The notes: a model not told the origin generated them from the sequence alone. Shown: positions 28,519 to 38,316, numbered from the stretch's first letter. The stretch is DNA of 64,000 bases from an uncultured bacterium (GCA_963789635.1 CAWBLF010000003.1:67388-131387); one strand, 5' to 3'. Program-made: numbers and translations.

Positions 28519-28635
28519 CTTTTTATTGTATCATTGAAGCAAAGAAGCAATAAAATCATTCTTCCATCGTCCCTTGAATGAGTCGGGACTCAGGATGATA
28601 ATTTTCTAATCGCTTCTATCAAGAAAATCTATAAT

Positions 28636-29910
28636 ATGCTAGACATAAAATTTATAAGAGACAATAAGGACCTCATCATTGAAGCGGCTCGCAAGAAACA
28701 TGTGAAGTTTGACGTGAATGAGCTTATAAAGATTGACGACAAACGTCGGGAACTTCTTGGGTCCGTGGAGAGCAAGCGTACCATTCAAAACGAAATGAGT
28801 ATGGAGATTGTCAAAGAATCCAGCTCCACGGTGAAGCTCCAATTGATTGAGAAAATGAAAACGCTGAAGGAAGCGCTTCAAAAGGAAGAGGAAGAGCTAA
28901 AAGAGGTGATGCATAATTGGCAGATGAAAATGGTTGAAGTGCCAAACGTTCCAGATATTTCTGTGCCGGAAGGAGACAGCGACAAAGACAACAGAGAAAT
29001 AAAAAATTGGGGTCAAAAACCGCAATTTGATTTCAAACCAAAAAGTCATATTGATATTATGACTGAACTTGATATTGCCGATTTTGAACGGGGAACCAAA
29101 GTAGCCGGGTTTCGTGGATATTTTTTAAAGAATGACGGGGTACTCCTTTCTTTGGCTATCTGGCAGTACTCTATGGATTTTTTTTCGGCAAAAGGATTTG
29201 GGCCTATGCTTGTGCCATCACTCGTGCGTAGGGAAAACTTGCTTGGCACCGGATTTATTCCGCAAGGCGAAGAAGATCTGTACAAAACCCAAGATGCCGA
29301 CTATTTGGCCGGCACAGCCGAAGTGGCATTGATGGGGTATCGGGCAGGTGAGATTCTTTCATTGAAAGATTTCCCAATAAAATATTTAGGATTTTCCCCG
29401 TGTTTTCGCCGGGAAGCGGGCAGTCATTCCAAAGATGTCAAAGGCCTTATCCGTGTTCATGAATTTTACAAACTGGAACAAGTAATTCTTTGTGAAGCAG
29501 ACCACGAGACTTCGGTCAATTATCATGAAGCACTAACTCGCAACACAGAGGAGTTTATGGAATCGTTGAAAATTCCGTATCGCACAGTGGTAAATTGCGG
29601 AGGAGATCTCGGACTAGGGCAAGTAAAGAAATATGATATTGAACTTTGGGTACCGCTTGAAAATACTTATCGGGAAATAGCCTCGGCGTCATATTTTCAT
29701 GATTTCCAAACCCGTCGTCTCAACATTAGGTACAAAGACGCAGGCGGAAAGATGAAATACGCACACTCTCTCAATAATACCGCTACCCCGACCCCAAGAC
29801 TTCTCGTGTCGCTCGTGGAAAATTACCAACAGGCAGACGGCTCGGTGAAGATTCCCGATGCCTTGCAGAAATATATGGGTGGCCGAACAGCGATTGTCAG
29901 GCGTCCATAA
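28636..29910 (+). CDS. serS: seryl-tRNA synthetase
   Basis: N-terminal coiled-coil arm; class II motifs (FRREAGSHSKDVKGLIRVHEF, ATPTPRLLVSLVENYQ). Confidence 0.9.
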   Translation: MLDIKFIRDNKDLIIEAARKKHVKFDVNELIKIDDKRRELLGSVESKRTIQNEMSMEIVKESSSTVKLQLIEKMKTLKEALQKEEEELKEVMHNWQMKMVEVPNVPDISVPEGDSDKDNREIKNWGQKPQFDFKPKSHIDIMTELDIADFERGTKVAGFRGYFLKNDGVLLSLAIWQYSMDFFSAKGFGPMLVPSLVRRENLLGTGFIPQGEEDLYKTQDADYLAGTAEVALMGYRAGEILSLKDFPIKYLGFSPCFRREAGSHSKDVKGLIRVHEFYKLEQVILCEADHETSVNYHEALTRNTEEFMESLKIPYRTVVNCGGDLGLGQVKKYDIELWVPLENTYREIASASYFHDFQTRRLNIRYKDAGGKMKYAHSLNNTATPTPRLLVSLVENYQQADGSVKIPDALQKYMGGRTAIVRRP

Positions 29911-29915
29911 TTATA

Positions 29916-30719
29916 ATGGCGTACAAAGTTCATTCACAAAGGCTACTTAAAAAGAGAAGAAAGCGCTTCATCTGGCGAATGATTTTTATTGTGGCTGGCA
30001 CAATTTTTATCATCGTCGGTCCGATAATGTTTTTGCGAATGCAATTTTGGCAAATCTCAACAGTTAATGTCTCGGGCAATATTGCCGTGGCAAGCACCAC
30101 CATAGAAAATCTTGTTCAAGCCGACATTTCTGGAGATTATGCTTTTGTTTTTCCAAAATCAAATATTTTGTTTTACCCAAAACACGCCATTGAAACCGAT
30201 ATTCTGAAAATATTTTCACGTATTGAAAGCGTGAAAGTTTCCACAAGTGGCTTGCGGTCAATATCGGTTGCAGTAAATGAACGCACCCCGACCGCCACAT
30301 GGTGCCAAGATATCAGCTGTTATCTTATGGATAAGAACGGATATATTTTTGATACCGCTCCGGAATTTAACAGTTCCACGACCTTAAAATATGAAGGGTC
30401 AATAAACGGTGGTCCGATAGGGGCGGAGTATACCTCTCCGGAGGAATTTGCATTAATTGTGTCGTTGGTGGATGGAATAAAGGCCCTTTCGCTTACCCCT
30501 GTGTTGGTCAACGCTATAGGAAGCAAGGATTATGAGGTGACCCTTTCCGGCGGAGAAGTGATTACCCTAAGTATTGGAGCACCGGTAAATCAAACTCTTT
30601 CCAACTTGGCTTCTCTTCTTTCGGATCCAAAATTATCGCTTCGTTCTGGAACAGGTCTTTCTGTATCATCCCTTGACCTGCGTTATGACAATAAAGTGTA
30701 TTTTATAAGGAAAAAATAA
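29916..30719 (+). CDS. cell division protein FtsQ/DivIB-like (POTRA plus beta domain)
   Basis: Basic N-terminus, single TM, POTRA-like QISTVNVSGNIAVASTTIENLV; FtsQ-like size. Confidence 0.45.
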   Translation: MAYKVHSQRLLKKRRKRFIWRMIFIVAGTIFIIVGPIMFLRMQFWQISTVNVSGNIAVASTTIENLVQADISGDYAFVFPKSNILFYPKHAIETDILKIFSRIESVKVSTSGLRSISVAVNERTPTATWCQDISCYLMDKNGYIFDTAPEFNSSTTLKYEGSINGGPIGAEYTSPEEFALIVSLVDGIKALSLTPVLVNAIGSKDYEVTLSGGEVITLSIGAPVNQTLSNLASLLSDPKLSLRSGTGLSVSSLDLRYDNKVYFIRKK

Positions 30720-30788
30720 TGCGTTTTACATTGAAGGCGACGCAAGCTTTTGTGAGATTTTAAAATATATAAGCGTTATAATAAAAAG

Positions 30789-31178
30789 ATGGATTTTTTT
30801 CTAATCGTTCCTTATTACACACGATGGCACTATACACGGGGAATTCGTGAATTTGTTGATAATTGGGTTGATTTTGTTTGGTTTATATCCAAATTTTTTT
30901 CCTTAGGCATACTTTTTAAGACGCTATTTTCTCCGTGGGAGAAGATGAATGAGAGCTACGGTGGTCGTTTTGATATAGCCAATATTGTGCAGACATTCAC
31001 AGTCAATTTGCTCATGCGAGCGGTGGGTTTCGTGATAAGGGTGGTGGTGCTTGTAGTCGGTTTTGCGTCAATAATTGTCGCTACATTGTTGGGGTTGATA
31101 CTTTTTGTGGTTTGGTTCCTGTTTCCGGTGATTGTTTTCTTTTTGCTTTCACTCTCAATATATAATCTTTTTAAATGA
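30789..31178 (+). CDS. small multi-TM membrane protein
   Basis: 129 aa, hydrophobic; 4-nt overlap (ATGA) with the downstream ATPase gene. Confidence 0.4.
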   Translation: MDFFLIVPYYTRWHYTRGIREFVDNWVDFVWFISKFFSLGILFKTLFSPWEKMNESYGGRFDIANIVQTFTVNLLMRAVGFVIRVVVLVVGFASIIVATLLGLILFVVWFLFPVIVFFLLSLSIYNLFK

Positions 31179-33550
31179 CATACGCAGAACTCAAAAAGAA
31201 AACAAATTATTTACAGCCAGTATTTGCGCTTGAAAGTATTTTGTCGCATCGGGCCCGCGTTATGATGAAAAACTTATTTTTGATTGTAACTCTGATACTG
31301 CTAGCGCTTTCCTCTAACATATTTTTTCCCGCATCGGCGCAAATGACCGGTCTTTTCTTTTTGTCATTAGTCTTTTTTATGATATTTGTCGCCGTCGACG
31401 CTTTTTATTATTCATTTATGTATGAATATAATCCGGCCGAACCATACATTTTTGAACTTGGTGAAATTCTTTTTTATACAAAAGACAATGACATTATCGG
31501 TGGATTTGTAAAATCGCCAGTCGGGAGAATTATTATTTTTCGTTTAGGCGTAGATGCTGAAGCGATCAAAAATTATCTCAATAAACGCACATCCTTTGTG
31601 TCGGCCAGTTCTATGATATTGCCACCATCCGGTAACACTTTTTCTTCATTTCTTTTGGGACTTTATCAGTCAGACAAAGGATTCGAACATTTGCTGATTT
31701 CTCATGGTATAGAAGCGCAGACATTTGTCAGTTGTGCTTTGTGGGTGGCAGAAAGACAAAGACGAGATGATTACTCACATCGATGGTGGTCGCGAGAGAG
31801 ACTTGAGTCGATAGACAGCTTGGGACGTGACTGGGCATACGGTAAAGCCTATACCCTGATGAGGGTGAGCACACCACTGAGATTTTCTCGTTATCAATAC
31901 ACGGAATTGCACAGTCAGACGGTTGACCGTGTCGAACTGGTTTTGGCCAGGTCAGCGGAAGCGAATATACTTTTGGTGGGGGATGAAGGAGTGGCCAAAA
32001 TGGAAGTACTGGAAGGTCTAGCGCGCAAGACACTCCGCCAAAAAGCGATGCCCAAACTTGCAGACAAACATTTTTTTGTTTTGGATTTGGAGAGTTTGGG
32101 AGCGCGAGCAAAAGACAGACAAACATTTGAAAACACATTCACCAAAGTTTTTGTAGAAGCGGCGCGTGCCGGCAATATAATTTTTATTATTCCCGATATG
32201 GCTGGCTTACTCAGACTCGGGGAATCTGTGGGGGCAGAAATAGTTTCTCTTATGTCACGCTTCCTTGCGTCCACATCCCTTCAGGTCGTGGCCATATCCG
32301 ATTCCGATGATTTTCATAAATCAATTAAACCAAATCGCGAACTGATGCGTCACTTTGTGAAAATTCAAGTTGATGAAGTAGATGAACACATTATGTTGCA
32401 GACTATTGAAGACACCGTCATTACTCTGGAAGCGGAAAACGGCGTCTTTTTCAGTTATCCGGCTCTGGTGGAATCGGTGCAAAGCGCCAAAAGATATTTT
32501 ATTGATACCCCGTTTATCGATGCTGTCACCGATATTTTGACAGAATCTGCATCGTCAGCAAGAAATGAAAGTAGATTTGTGGTGGAGAAAGAAGACGTAC
32601 TTCTTCAAGTACAAGAAAAGACGGGCATTGCAACGGGGGAAGTGGAAAATCAGGAAAAAGACCGACTGATGAACCTTGAAACTCTTTTGCATGAGCGTGT
32701 GGTGGGGCAAAATGAAGCAATTTCCGCAATAGCCAATGCGGTGCGACGTTCCAGGGCGGGTATCGGCAATCCCGACAGACCGATCGGATCACTCCTTTTC
32801 CTAGGGCCGACCGGGGTGGGAAAAACAGAAACAGCAAAAGCGCTTTCCGAGATCTTTTTCGGTCCCAAGGCTTCAATGTTACGTCTGGATATGACCGAAT
32901 ATAGCGGAGAGGACAGTCTGAATCGTCTTATAGGAAGCATCGGAATGAAAATATCTGGAGTTCTCTCCGATATGATACGTGACCATAAATATGGTGTGTT
33001 GTTGCTCGACGAGTTTGAAAAGACAAGTGGCAAGGTGCTTGATCTTTTTTTGCAAATACTCGATGAAGGTTTTTTCACCGATGCTACCGGCCATAGAGTC
33101 AACGCTCGTAATCTTTTTGTTGTGGCTACTTCAAACGCAGGCAGTCAATACATATTTGATGTTATGAAGACAGGAGCGGACTTGTTGTCCAAACGAGAAG
33201 AAATAGTGGAGCATTTGATAGACGACGGTGTATTCAAACCCGAACTATTAAATCGTTTTGATGGAGTAATTCTTTTCCATCCACTTCTTGATATACATCT
33301 TATGGGAGTTGCAAAAATAATGCTCAGTCGCCTAGCATGGAGGCTCAAAGAAAAAGGCATGACACTGGTAATAAATGACGCGTTGCTAAATTTTGTAGTA
33401 TCGGCCGGGCGCGACCCAAAGTTCGGAGCAAGACCTTTGAACCGTTTCATACAAGACGTGGTGGAAAAAAAGATTGCCGATGGCGTGATTTCCGGTAAAT
33501 ACAAGGCTAGTTCGACCATAGAATTTTCATCAGCCGATTTTCAGGTCTAA
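31175..33550 (+). CDS. membrane-anchored Clp/Hsp100-like AAA+ ATPase with degenerate NBD1
   Basis: N-terminus has several TM helices; first AAA domain lacks the Walker A lysine (GDEGVAKMEVLEGLA versus GEAGVGKT in clpB); second has canonical [15 protein letters not shown], sensor and ClpB-like C-terminal domain. Confidence 0.6.
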   Translation: MTYAELKKKTNYLQPVFALESILSHRARVMMKNLFLIVTLILLALSSNIFFPASAQMTGLFFLSLVFFMIFVAVDAFYYSFMYEYNPAEPYIFELGEILFYTKDNDIIGGFVKSPVGRIIIFRLGVDAEAIKNYLNKRTSFVSASSMILPPSGNTFSSFLLGLYQSDKGFEHLLISHGIEAQTFVSCALWVAERQRRDDYSHRWWSRERLESIDSLGRDWAYGKAYTLMRVSTPLRFSRYQYTELHSQTVDRVELVLARSAEANILLVGDEGVAKMEVLEGLARKTLRQKAMPKLADKHFFVLDLESLGARAKDRQTFENTFTKVFVEAARAGNIIFIIPDMAGLLRLGESVGAEIVSLMSRFLASTSLQVVAISDSDDFHKSIKPNRELMRHFVKIQVDEVDEHIMLQTIEDTVITLEAENGVFFSYPALVESVQSAKRYFIDTPFIDAVTDILTESASSARNESRFVVEKEDVLLQVQEKTGIATGEVENQEKDRLMNLETLLHERVVGQNEAISAIANAVRRSRAGIGNPDRPIGSLLFLGPTGVGKTETAKALSEIFFGPKASMLRLDMTEYSGEDSLNRLIGSIGMKISGVLSDMIRDHKYGVLLLDEFEKTSGKVLDLFLQILDEGFFTDATGHRVNARNLFVVATSNAGSQYIFDVMKTGADLLSKREEIVEHLIDDGVFKPELLNRFDGVILFHPLLDIHLMGVAKIMLSRLAWRLKEKGMTLVINDALLNFVVSAGRDPKFGARPLNRFIQDVVEKKIADGVISGKYKASSTIEFSSADFQV

Positions 33551-33635
33551 TTTTGATCAAAGGCGATTTGCTCCGCCTGGATTTAAGTAAGTGTGGGATA
33601 TTTGCATAAAAATGTGAATGTGTTATACTATTGCC

Positions 33636-33893
33636 CTGGTAGCCCGTAGCCCGAGGCTGACCAGGTCGAATTCGCTTTCCTCCACCGTCGGGGGGACAAC
33701 AGGATGACTCATTGTCATCGTCGACATGGACACTGGGGCTTTGCCTAGCCGGCAACCCCATACCATCGTCTCTCGTCCGCCTGGGGCGAGAGACAGAACA
33801 TATCGGTCGCTTATTTTTTGGCGACCAGACAAATATATAGGAGGTTCACCTCCGCTCCGTGGACGGCTCGTAAGAGTCGTCCATATTTTTTTA
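33636..33893 (+). ncRNA. candidate small structured RNA (unclassified) with its own promoter and terminator
   Basis: Near-consensus promoter TTGCAT-16-TGtTATACT (33602-33629); strong terminator GGACGGCTC-GTAA-GAGTCGTCC plus T-run (33861-33893); many internal helices; no ORF. Confidence 0.35.
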
Positions 33894-33932
33894 TTATCCG
33901 TAGTTTATCGTTTTTTATGATATTTTATCAAT

Positions 33933-34898
33933 ATGAATTTTTGGAAAGAGCTTCATAAACCATTTTTCGTCCTGGCTCCAATGGCTGATGTCACTGATGT
34001 GGCCTTTCGTCGGGTAATTGCAAAATATGGCAAGCCCGACGTTTTGTGGACTGAGTTTGTTTCGGCAGACGGCCTAGTGCTGGCTAGTGATGAGGGCAAG
34101 AAAAAATTGATGCGAGATTTGATATATACGGAGGCAGAGAGACCTATAGTGGCACAGCTTTTCAGTTCAGATCCAGAAAATATGAAAAAGGCCGCAAAAC
34201 TTATCGCCTCGCTTGGTTTTGACGGACTAGACATAAATATGGGGTGTCCGGATAAATCAATTGAAAAACAAGGAGCTGGAGCGGCGCATATAAGAAATGC
34301 AAAGCAAGCGCGTGAAGTCATACGATCGGCAAAGGAAGGAGTGGACAATATTCCGGTGTCTGTAAAAACTCGTATTGGTTACAATAAAGACGAACTTGAT
34401 TCTTGGTTGCCGGAAATATTGGGAGAAGGAGTGTCGGCGGTTACCATACATGCGCGAACGCGAAAAGAAATGTCCAAAGTTCCCGCGCAATGGAGTGCAG
34501 TGTCACGTGCCGTAAAAATGAGAAATGAAATTGCACCCGATACGCTAATTATCGGAAATGGGGATGTCAAAAGCATGGCGCACGCTAGACAGCTTGCCGA
34601 AGAAACAAAATGCGACGGGGTGATGTTTGGCAGAGCAATATTTGGTAACCCTTGGTTGTTTGCCGAACGAGCAGTAACCACTGAAGAAAAATTGAAAGTT
34701 TTAATTGAGCATACAAAGCTTTTTGATGAACTACTTGGCGATGTAAAGAGTTTTGCTGTTATGAAAAAACACTTTAAGTCATATATTTCAGACTTTAATG
34801 GCGCCGGGGAACTTCGTTTTTTGCTAATGCAGGCAAACAACGCCTTGGAAGTAGAAACTATCATAAACAAGTTTCTGGAGAACTATCAAAAAACCTAG
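33933..34898 (+). CDS. tRNA-dihydrouridine synthase
   Basis: Dus signature VLAPMADVTDVAFRR; FMN TIM-barrel; catalytic Cys region INMGCPD. Confidence 0.85.
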   Translation: MNFWKELHKPFFVLAPMADVTDVAFRRVIAKYGKPDVLWTEFVSADGLVLASDEGKKKLMRDLIYTEAERPIVAQLFSSDPENMKKAAKLIASLGFDGLDINMGCPDKSIEKQGAGAAHIRNAKQAREVIRSAKEGVDNIPVSVKTRIGYNKDELDSWLPEILGEGVSAVTIHARTRKEMSKVPAQWSAVSRAVKMRNEIAPDTLIIGNGDVKSMAHARQLAEETKCDGVMFGRAIFGNPWLFAERAVTTEEKLKVLIEHTKLFDELLGDVKSFAVMKKHFKSYISDFNGAGELRFLLMQANNALEVETIINKFLENYQKT

Positions 34899-34982
34899 TA
34901 TTTTCAACATATTTTAGCAATTATATCTTTCTATATACAAATAGTGCTTGACTTTATCATCATAGGGTGCTACAATGTTACT

Positions 34983-35132
34983 GTTCATGGTTGGTGGAAG
35001 GTCCAAGAGACCACACCCTGTCAGGCGGACCAAGTTCGGATGTTTGGATAATCCGCAAGGCCTTCCACCAACCGTGGGCACAATTCCGCTTTTAGCGGAA
35101 GTATAAGACGAGGCCAGTTCCTCGTCTTTTTT
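34983..35132 (+). ncRNA. candidate small RNA (about 150 nt) with promoter and terminator
   Basis: Promoter TTGACT-17-TGcTACAAT (34948-34976); 13-bp closing helix GGUUGGUGGAAGG/CCUUCCACCAACC; terminator GACGAGG-ccaguu-CCUCGUC plus UUUUUU (35107-35132). Confidence 0.35.
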
Positions 35133-35195
35133 GTTGTTTAAATTTATTAAAAAAACTATTGAAATTTGACTTTTGTTTTGTAAGTAGTAGACTAA

Positions 35196-35446
35196 ATGAA
35201 GAAATTTTTTGTTATCATAAAAATTCAAATAGAGGGTTGTGCAAGCGTATAGATGTTGAGCTTGAGCGCGGACAAAGCACCGTCATTAATCGCTGCTTAA
35301 CGGCCGAACACCGTGCGCAATATGTACCGATGCCCGATAGGTATGTGAGAAGGGGAAAACTCACATATACCCGGTACACGCGTTCGCTCCGCTTGCACAA
35401 TCTTCACCCACTATGGTCCCGCGATGTTGCGGGACTTTCTTTTTTG
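35196..35446 (+). ncRNA. candidate structured leader or sRNA upstream of ORF 35489 (start uncertain)
   Basis: GC-rich; long-range pairing GGUUGUGCAAGCG...CGCUUGCACAAUC; long hairpin GUACCG...CGGUAC; ends in terminator GTCCCGC-gatgtt-GCGGGAC plus TTTCTTTTTT (35416-35446). Confidence 0.3.
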
Positions 35447-35488
35447 TAAACTAGTGGTACTATTGGTAATAGAAGTAAAAAAGCACCT

Positions 35489-35983
35489 TTGGTTGTACTG
35501 ATCGCAGTTCTTTTAGTTTTTACCATTTACCGCCGGGGGAAGTGGATTATGAAAGAAAGGAAGGAAGCAAAAAAAGGAAGTGCCTCTGCAGAGAGGGAAC
35601 CCTTCGACGAAGACAGAGCGGTTCCGATTGACGATGCGATCCGGCATTTGAACAACACGGCATGTTGTTCAAGTGATACGGTAAAGCGTAGGTCTGAAGT
35701 GGTAGGGCATGTACCGGTTCAGCCACTTTCCGATCAGGGTGACGAATTTCCTGATGAGGATGCCGAACAGTGCGGAAGTGGTTATCTCACCGGTGAAATG
35801 CCGATGACTACGGGAGAGCATCAAGTAAGATCCAAGCCGATTGACGAAAGCGACAGGTCGCCGCTCCTCTTGGGGGACGCCGAGGAAATGATCCCCGGCT
35901 TTCTGCCAGAGAGCGGCGTGCAAGTCTACGAATCGGCCCGTAACATGCGTGAAAGAGAAAGAAAGCATTTGAAACTCCGGTGA
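35489..35983 (+). CDS. hypothetical acidic protein with N-terminal TM anchor
   Basis: 164-aa ORF in a GC-rich block; N-terminal hydrophobic helix then an Asp/Glu-rich region. Confidence 0.4.
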   Translation: MVVLIAVLLVFTIYRRGKWIMKERKEAKKGSASAEREPFDEDRAVPIDDAIRHLNNTACCSSDTVKRRSEVVGHVPVQPLSDQGDEFPDEDAEQCGSGYLTGEMPMTTGEHQVRSKPIDESDRSPLLLGDAEEMIPGFLPESGVQVYESARNMRERERKHLKLR

Positions 35984-36180
35984 AGAAATGTCGGAAAGCG
36001 TAAGCGAAGCGAAGCGAAAAAAAGCACATTAGGAGGGGGCGAGTCTATCGGACTCGCCTTTGTTGTTTATATTCAAAATTTTTTCTTGACTTATATCTGA
36101 CTTTGTTGTAATGTCGCTTTGGAAGTTCATCACTTGCGTAGCTGTTGTGAATACAGTTATGTACACAACCGGGAGGAAAG

Positions 36181-37089
36181 ATGAGGTTTAACACCAGGTT
36201 TTACGGGGTTGCGATAATTCTGTCGGCAATGTTCGTGGCGTGTGATAGTGACCACGACGTGACGACTCCCAAGCAACCGGTAACAGTGACATTGTCACTG
36301 GCGGTGCACAACGACACGGTCGAGGCAGGAAAGACGGTGCAAGTGGGTATCGGCACAATGACAGTGACTCCGTCGGGAACGTCCACTGACATCGCGTGGT
36401 CAAGTACCAATGCGTCGGTAGCCACCGTTTCTCAAAACGGCATGGTCACCGGTGTGGCGACAGGTAGCGTCTTCATCATCGCAACTTCGGTTGCGGCTCC
36501 GGGCGTAAAGGATTCGGCATTGTTCACGGTGATGGAGCCGGTTTTGGCAACGATCACCATCAGTCCGCACAGCGCAAGCACGATTGCGGGAGGGCAGGTC
36601 GTCCTCACCGCAAACATCAAGGTGATAAACGGGCTATCCGACGGCATCGTGTGGTCAAGCTCGAACAACGCCGTGGCCACCGTTTCTCAAAACGGGGTTG
36701 TCAGCACCATGGCTGGCGGTTCGGTACTGATCACAGCTTCGTCGGTTGCTGTTCCGGCGGTGAAGGATACTTCGCGGATTACAGTGATACCGATTCCGCA
36801 AGTGCAATCCATCTCACCACCTTTTACCTCGGATACGATAAGGGTAGGACATACCCAGAACCTGAAGTTGTTTACCGTGGTCGCCGATTCTGGAGTGGTG
36901 ACGACTTATCATTGCCTCTCCACCAACCCTTTGGTGGCGACGATTGATCCGGTGACTTGTGTGCTCAAGGCATGGGCCACTAGCCCCTCGGGTGGGGCGT
37001 TGCCAATTCAGATCATCGCCACGACAGACGGTGTGAATCTGAAGTTGGGGCAACTCTCGGCGGGGATCAACGTGTATGTATTGCCATGA
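36181..37089 (+). CDS. lipoprotein with two Big_2 (bacterial Ig-like) domains
   Basis: Signal peptide plus lipobox (AMFVAC); repeated W(S)S(T/S)N..VATVSQNG(M/V)V...GSV.I.A(T/S)S modules; high GC. Confidence 0.6.
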   Translation: MRFNTRFYGVAIILSAMFVACDSDHDVTTPKQPVTVTLSLAVHNDTVEAGKTVQVGIGTMTVTPSGTSTDIAWSSTNASVATVSQNGMVTGVATGSVFIIATSVAAPGVKDSALFTVMEPVLATITISPHSASTIAGGQVVLTANIKVINGLSDGIVWSSSNNAVATVSQNGVVSTMAGGSVLITASSVAVPAVKDTSRITVIPIPQVQSISPPFTSDTIRVGHTQNLKLFTVVADSGVVTTYHCLSTNPLVATIDPVTCVLKAWATSPSGGALPIQIIATTDGVNLKLGQLSAGINVYVLP

Positions 37090-37094
37090 TGGAT

Positions 37095-37135
37095 GGGGCG
37101 GAGTCTCTTTCGAGAGACCCCGCCCCGTATTTTTT
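37095..37135 (+). terminator. Rho-independent terminator
   Basis: GGGGCGGAGTCTC-tttc-GAGAGACCCCGCCCC then TATTTTTT. Confidence 0.7.
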
Positions 37136-37156
37136 ACTCTGAAATTTTTCTAAAAA

Positions 37157-38254
37157 TTGGCTATAATGCACACAATGTCCAAGTCATCAAAAAAGGAAAA
37201 CCACGTAGCTTTATACCGCAAATATAGACCGGAGACTTTTAAAGACGTCATCGGTCAGGACCAGGTGGTATCTGTGCTTGAGGCGGCGATAAAAAATAAA
37301 AGTATTTCGCACGCCTATCTTTTTGCCGGTTCGCGCGGAACGGGCAAGACATCGGTGGCTCGCATTGTGGCGCGCGAGATTGGCTGTAAGGCAAATGACT
37401 TGTATGAAATAGACGCGGCGTCAAACCGTGGCATAGACGATGTGAGAGAAATAAAAGAATCGGTTGGGACAACGCCTTTTGAATCACCATATAAGGTTTA
37501 TATTATTGACGAGGTGCATATGCTCACCAAAGAAGCGTTTAACGCGTTGCTCAAAACTTTGGAAGAACCGCCTTCATACGTCGTATTTATTTTGGCTACA
37601 ACCGAAATAGACAAAATCCCCGAAACTGTGCTTTCACGATGCCAAGTATTTCAGTTCAAAAAACCATCGGAGGCGATGCTCAAAGAGGTAGTACTATCCG
37701 TGGCAAAACAAGAAGGATTTGCCATAGAAACCTCAGCCGCCGAGCTCATCGCTCTGCTTGGAGATGGTTCATTCAGGGATACTCAAGGAACGCTTCAAAA
37801 AGTATTGGGTCTTTCGTCGGACAAGAAAGTCAGTCTTGCGGAAGTGGAAAAAATCACAGGCGCTCCTCGCAACACACTGGTGAATGAATTTGTCAGTGCA
37901 GTGTCCGCTTCGGATGTCGGCGCGGCTCTTGAGACACTAAGTAAAGTGACAGAAGGGAATACTGATGTAAAAATGTTTCTCAAACTGGGGTTAATGAAAA
38001 TGCGCTACGTTCTTCTCCTTAAATACGCCAAGGAAATGGAAAAAGTGATTAAAGAAAAAGTTTCGTCGGATGATTTCAAATTACTTTTAAAATTGTCCAG
38101 CGAAAAAAGTAGCGGTATCAATTCTATTCTTCTATATGAACTGCTCGGTGCTTATGATATGGTGAGTCGCACCCAGATTCCGGAGTTACCAATAGAGCTT
38201 GCATTAGTAAAAACACTTTCAACTCACAACCAACAACCGACAACGAATTCGTAA
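37157..38254 (+). CDS. dnaX: DNA polymerase III subunit gamma/tau (short)
   Basis: AAA+ clamp-loader motifs GSRGTGKTS, DEVHML, SRC; 365 aa. Confidence 0.85.
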   Translation: MAIMHTMSKSSKKENHVALYRKYRPETFKDVIGQDQVVSVLEAAIKNKSISHAYLFAGSRGTGKTSVARIVAREIGCKANDLYEIDAASNRGIDDVREIKESVGTTPFESPYKVYIIDEVHMLTKEAFNALLKTLEEPPSYVVFILATTEIDKIPETVLSRCQVFQFKKPSEAMLKEVVLSVAKQEGFAIETSAAELIALLGDGSFRDTQGTLQKVLGLSSDKKVSLAEVEKITGAPRNTLVNEFVSAVSASDVGAALETLSKVTEGNTDVKMFLKLGLMKMRYVLLLKYAKEMEKVIKEKVSSDDFKLLLKLSSEKSSGINSILLYELLGAYDMVSRTQIPELPIELALVKTLSTHNQQPTTNS

Positions 38255-38316
38255 TCCGTTTCTTTTATCTCCATTTTATTGTAAGTTGTAGGTTGTCTGT
38301 TGTTTGTTTTATACAT

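Noticed and set aside
33636-33893. Assignment of the candidate RNA to RNase P RNA, tmRNA or SRP RNA
   Set aside because: I compared it by hand with conserved cores. No P4 strands (GGAAAGUCCGG paired with CCCGGCUUA) are present, there is no tRNA-like acceptor plus CCA for tmRNA, and there is no SRP domain IV GGAA...AGCAGC. Only a partial match to the RNase P 3' consensus remains, so it is left unclassified.
36188-37053. Multiple 70 to 100-aa ORFs on both strands within the Big_2 lipoprotein gene
   Set aside because: These are high-GC artefacts of alternative frames. The Big_2 repeat reading frame is the only one with domain support.
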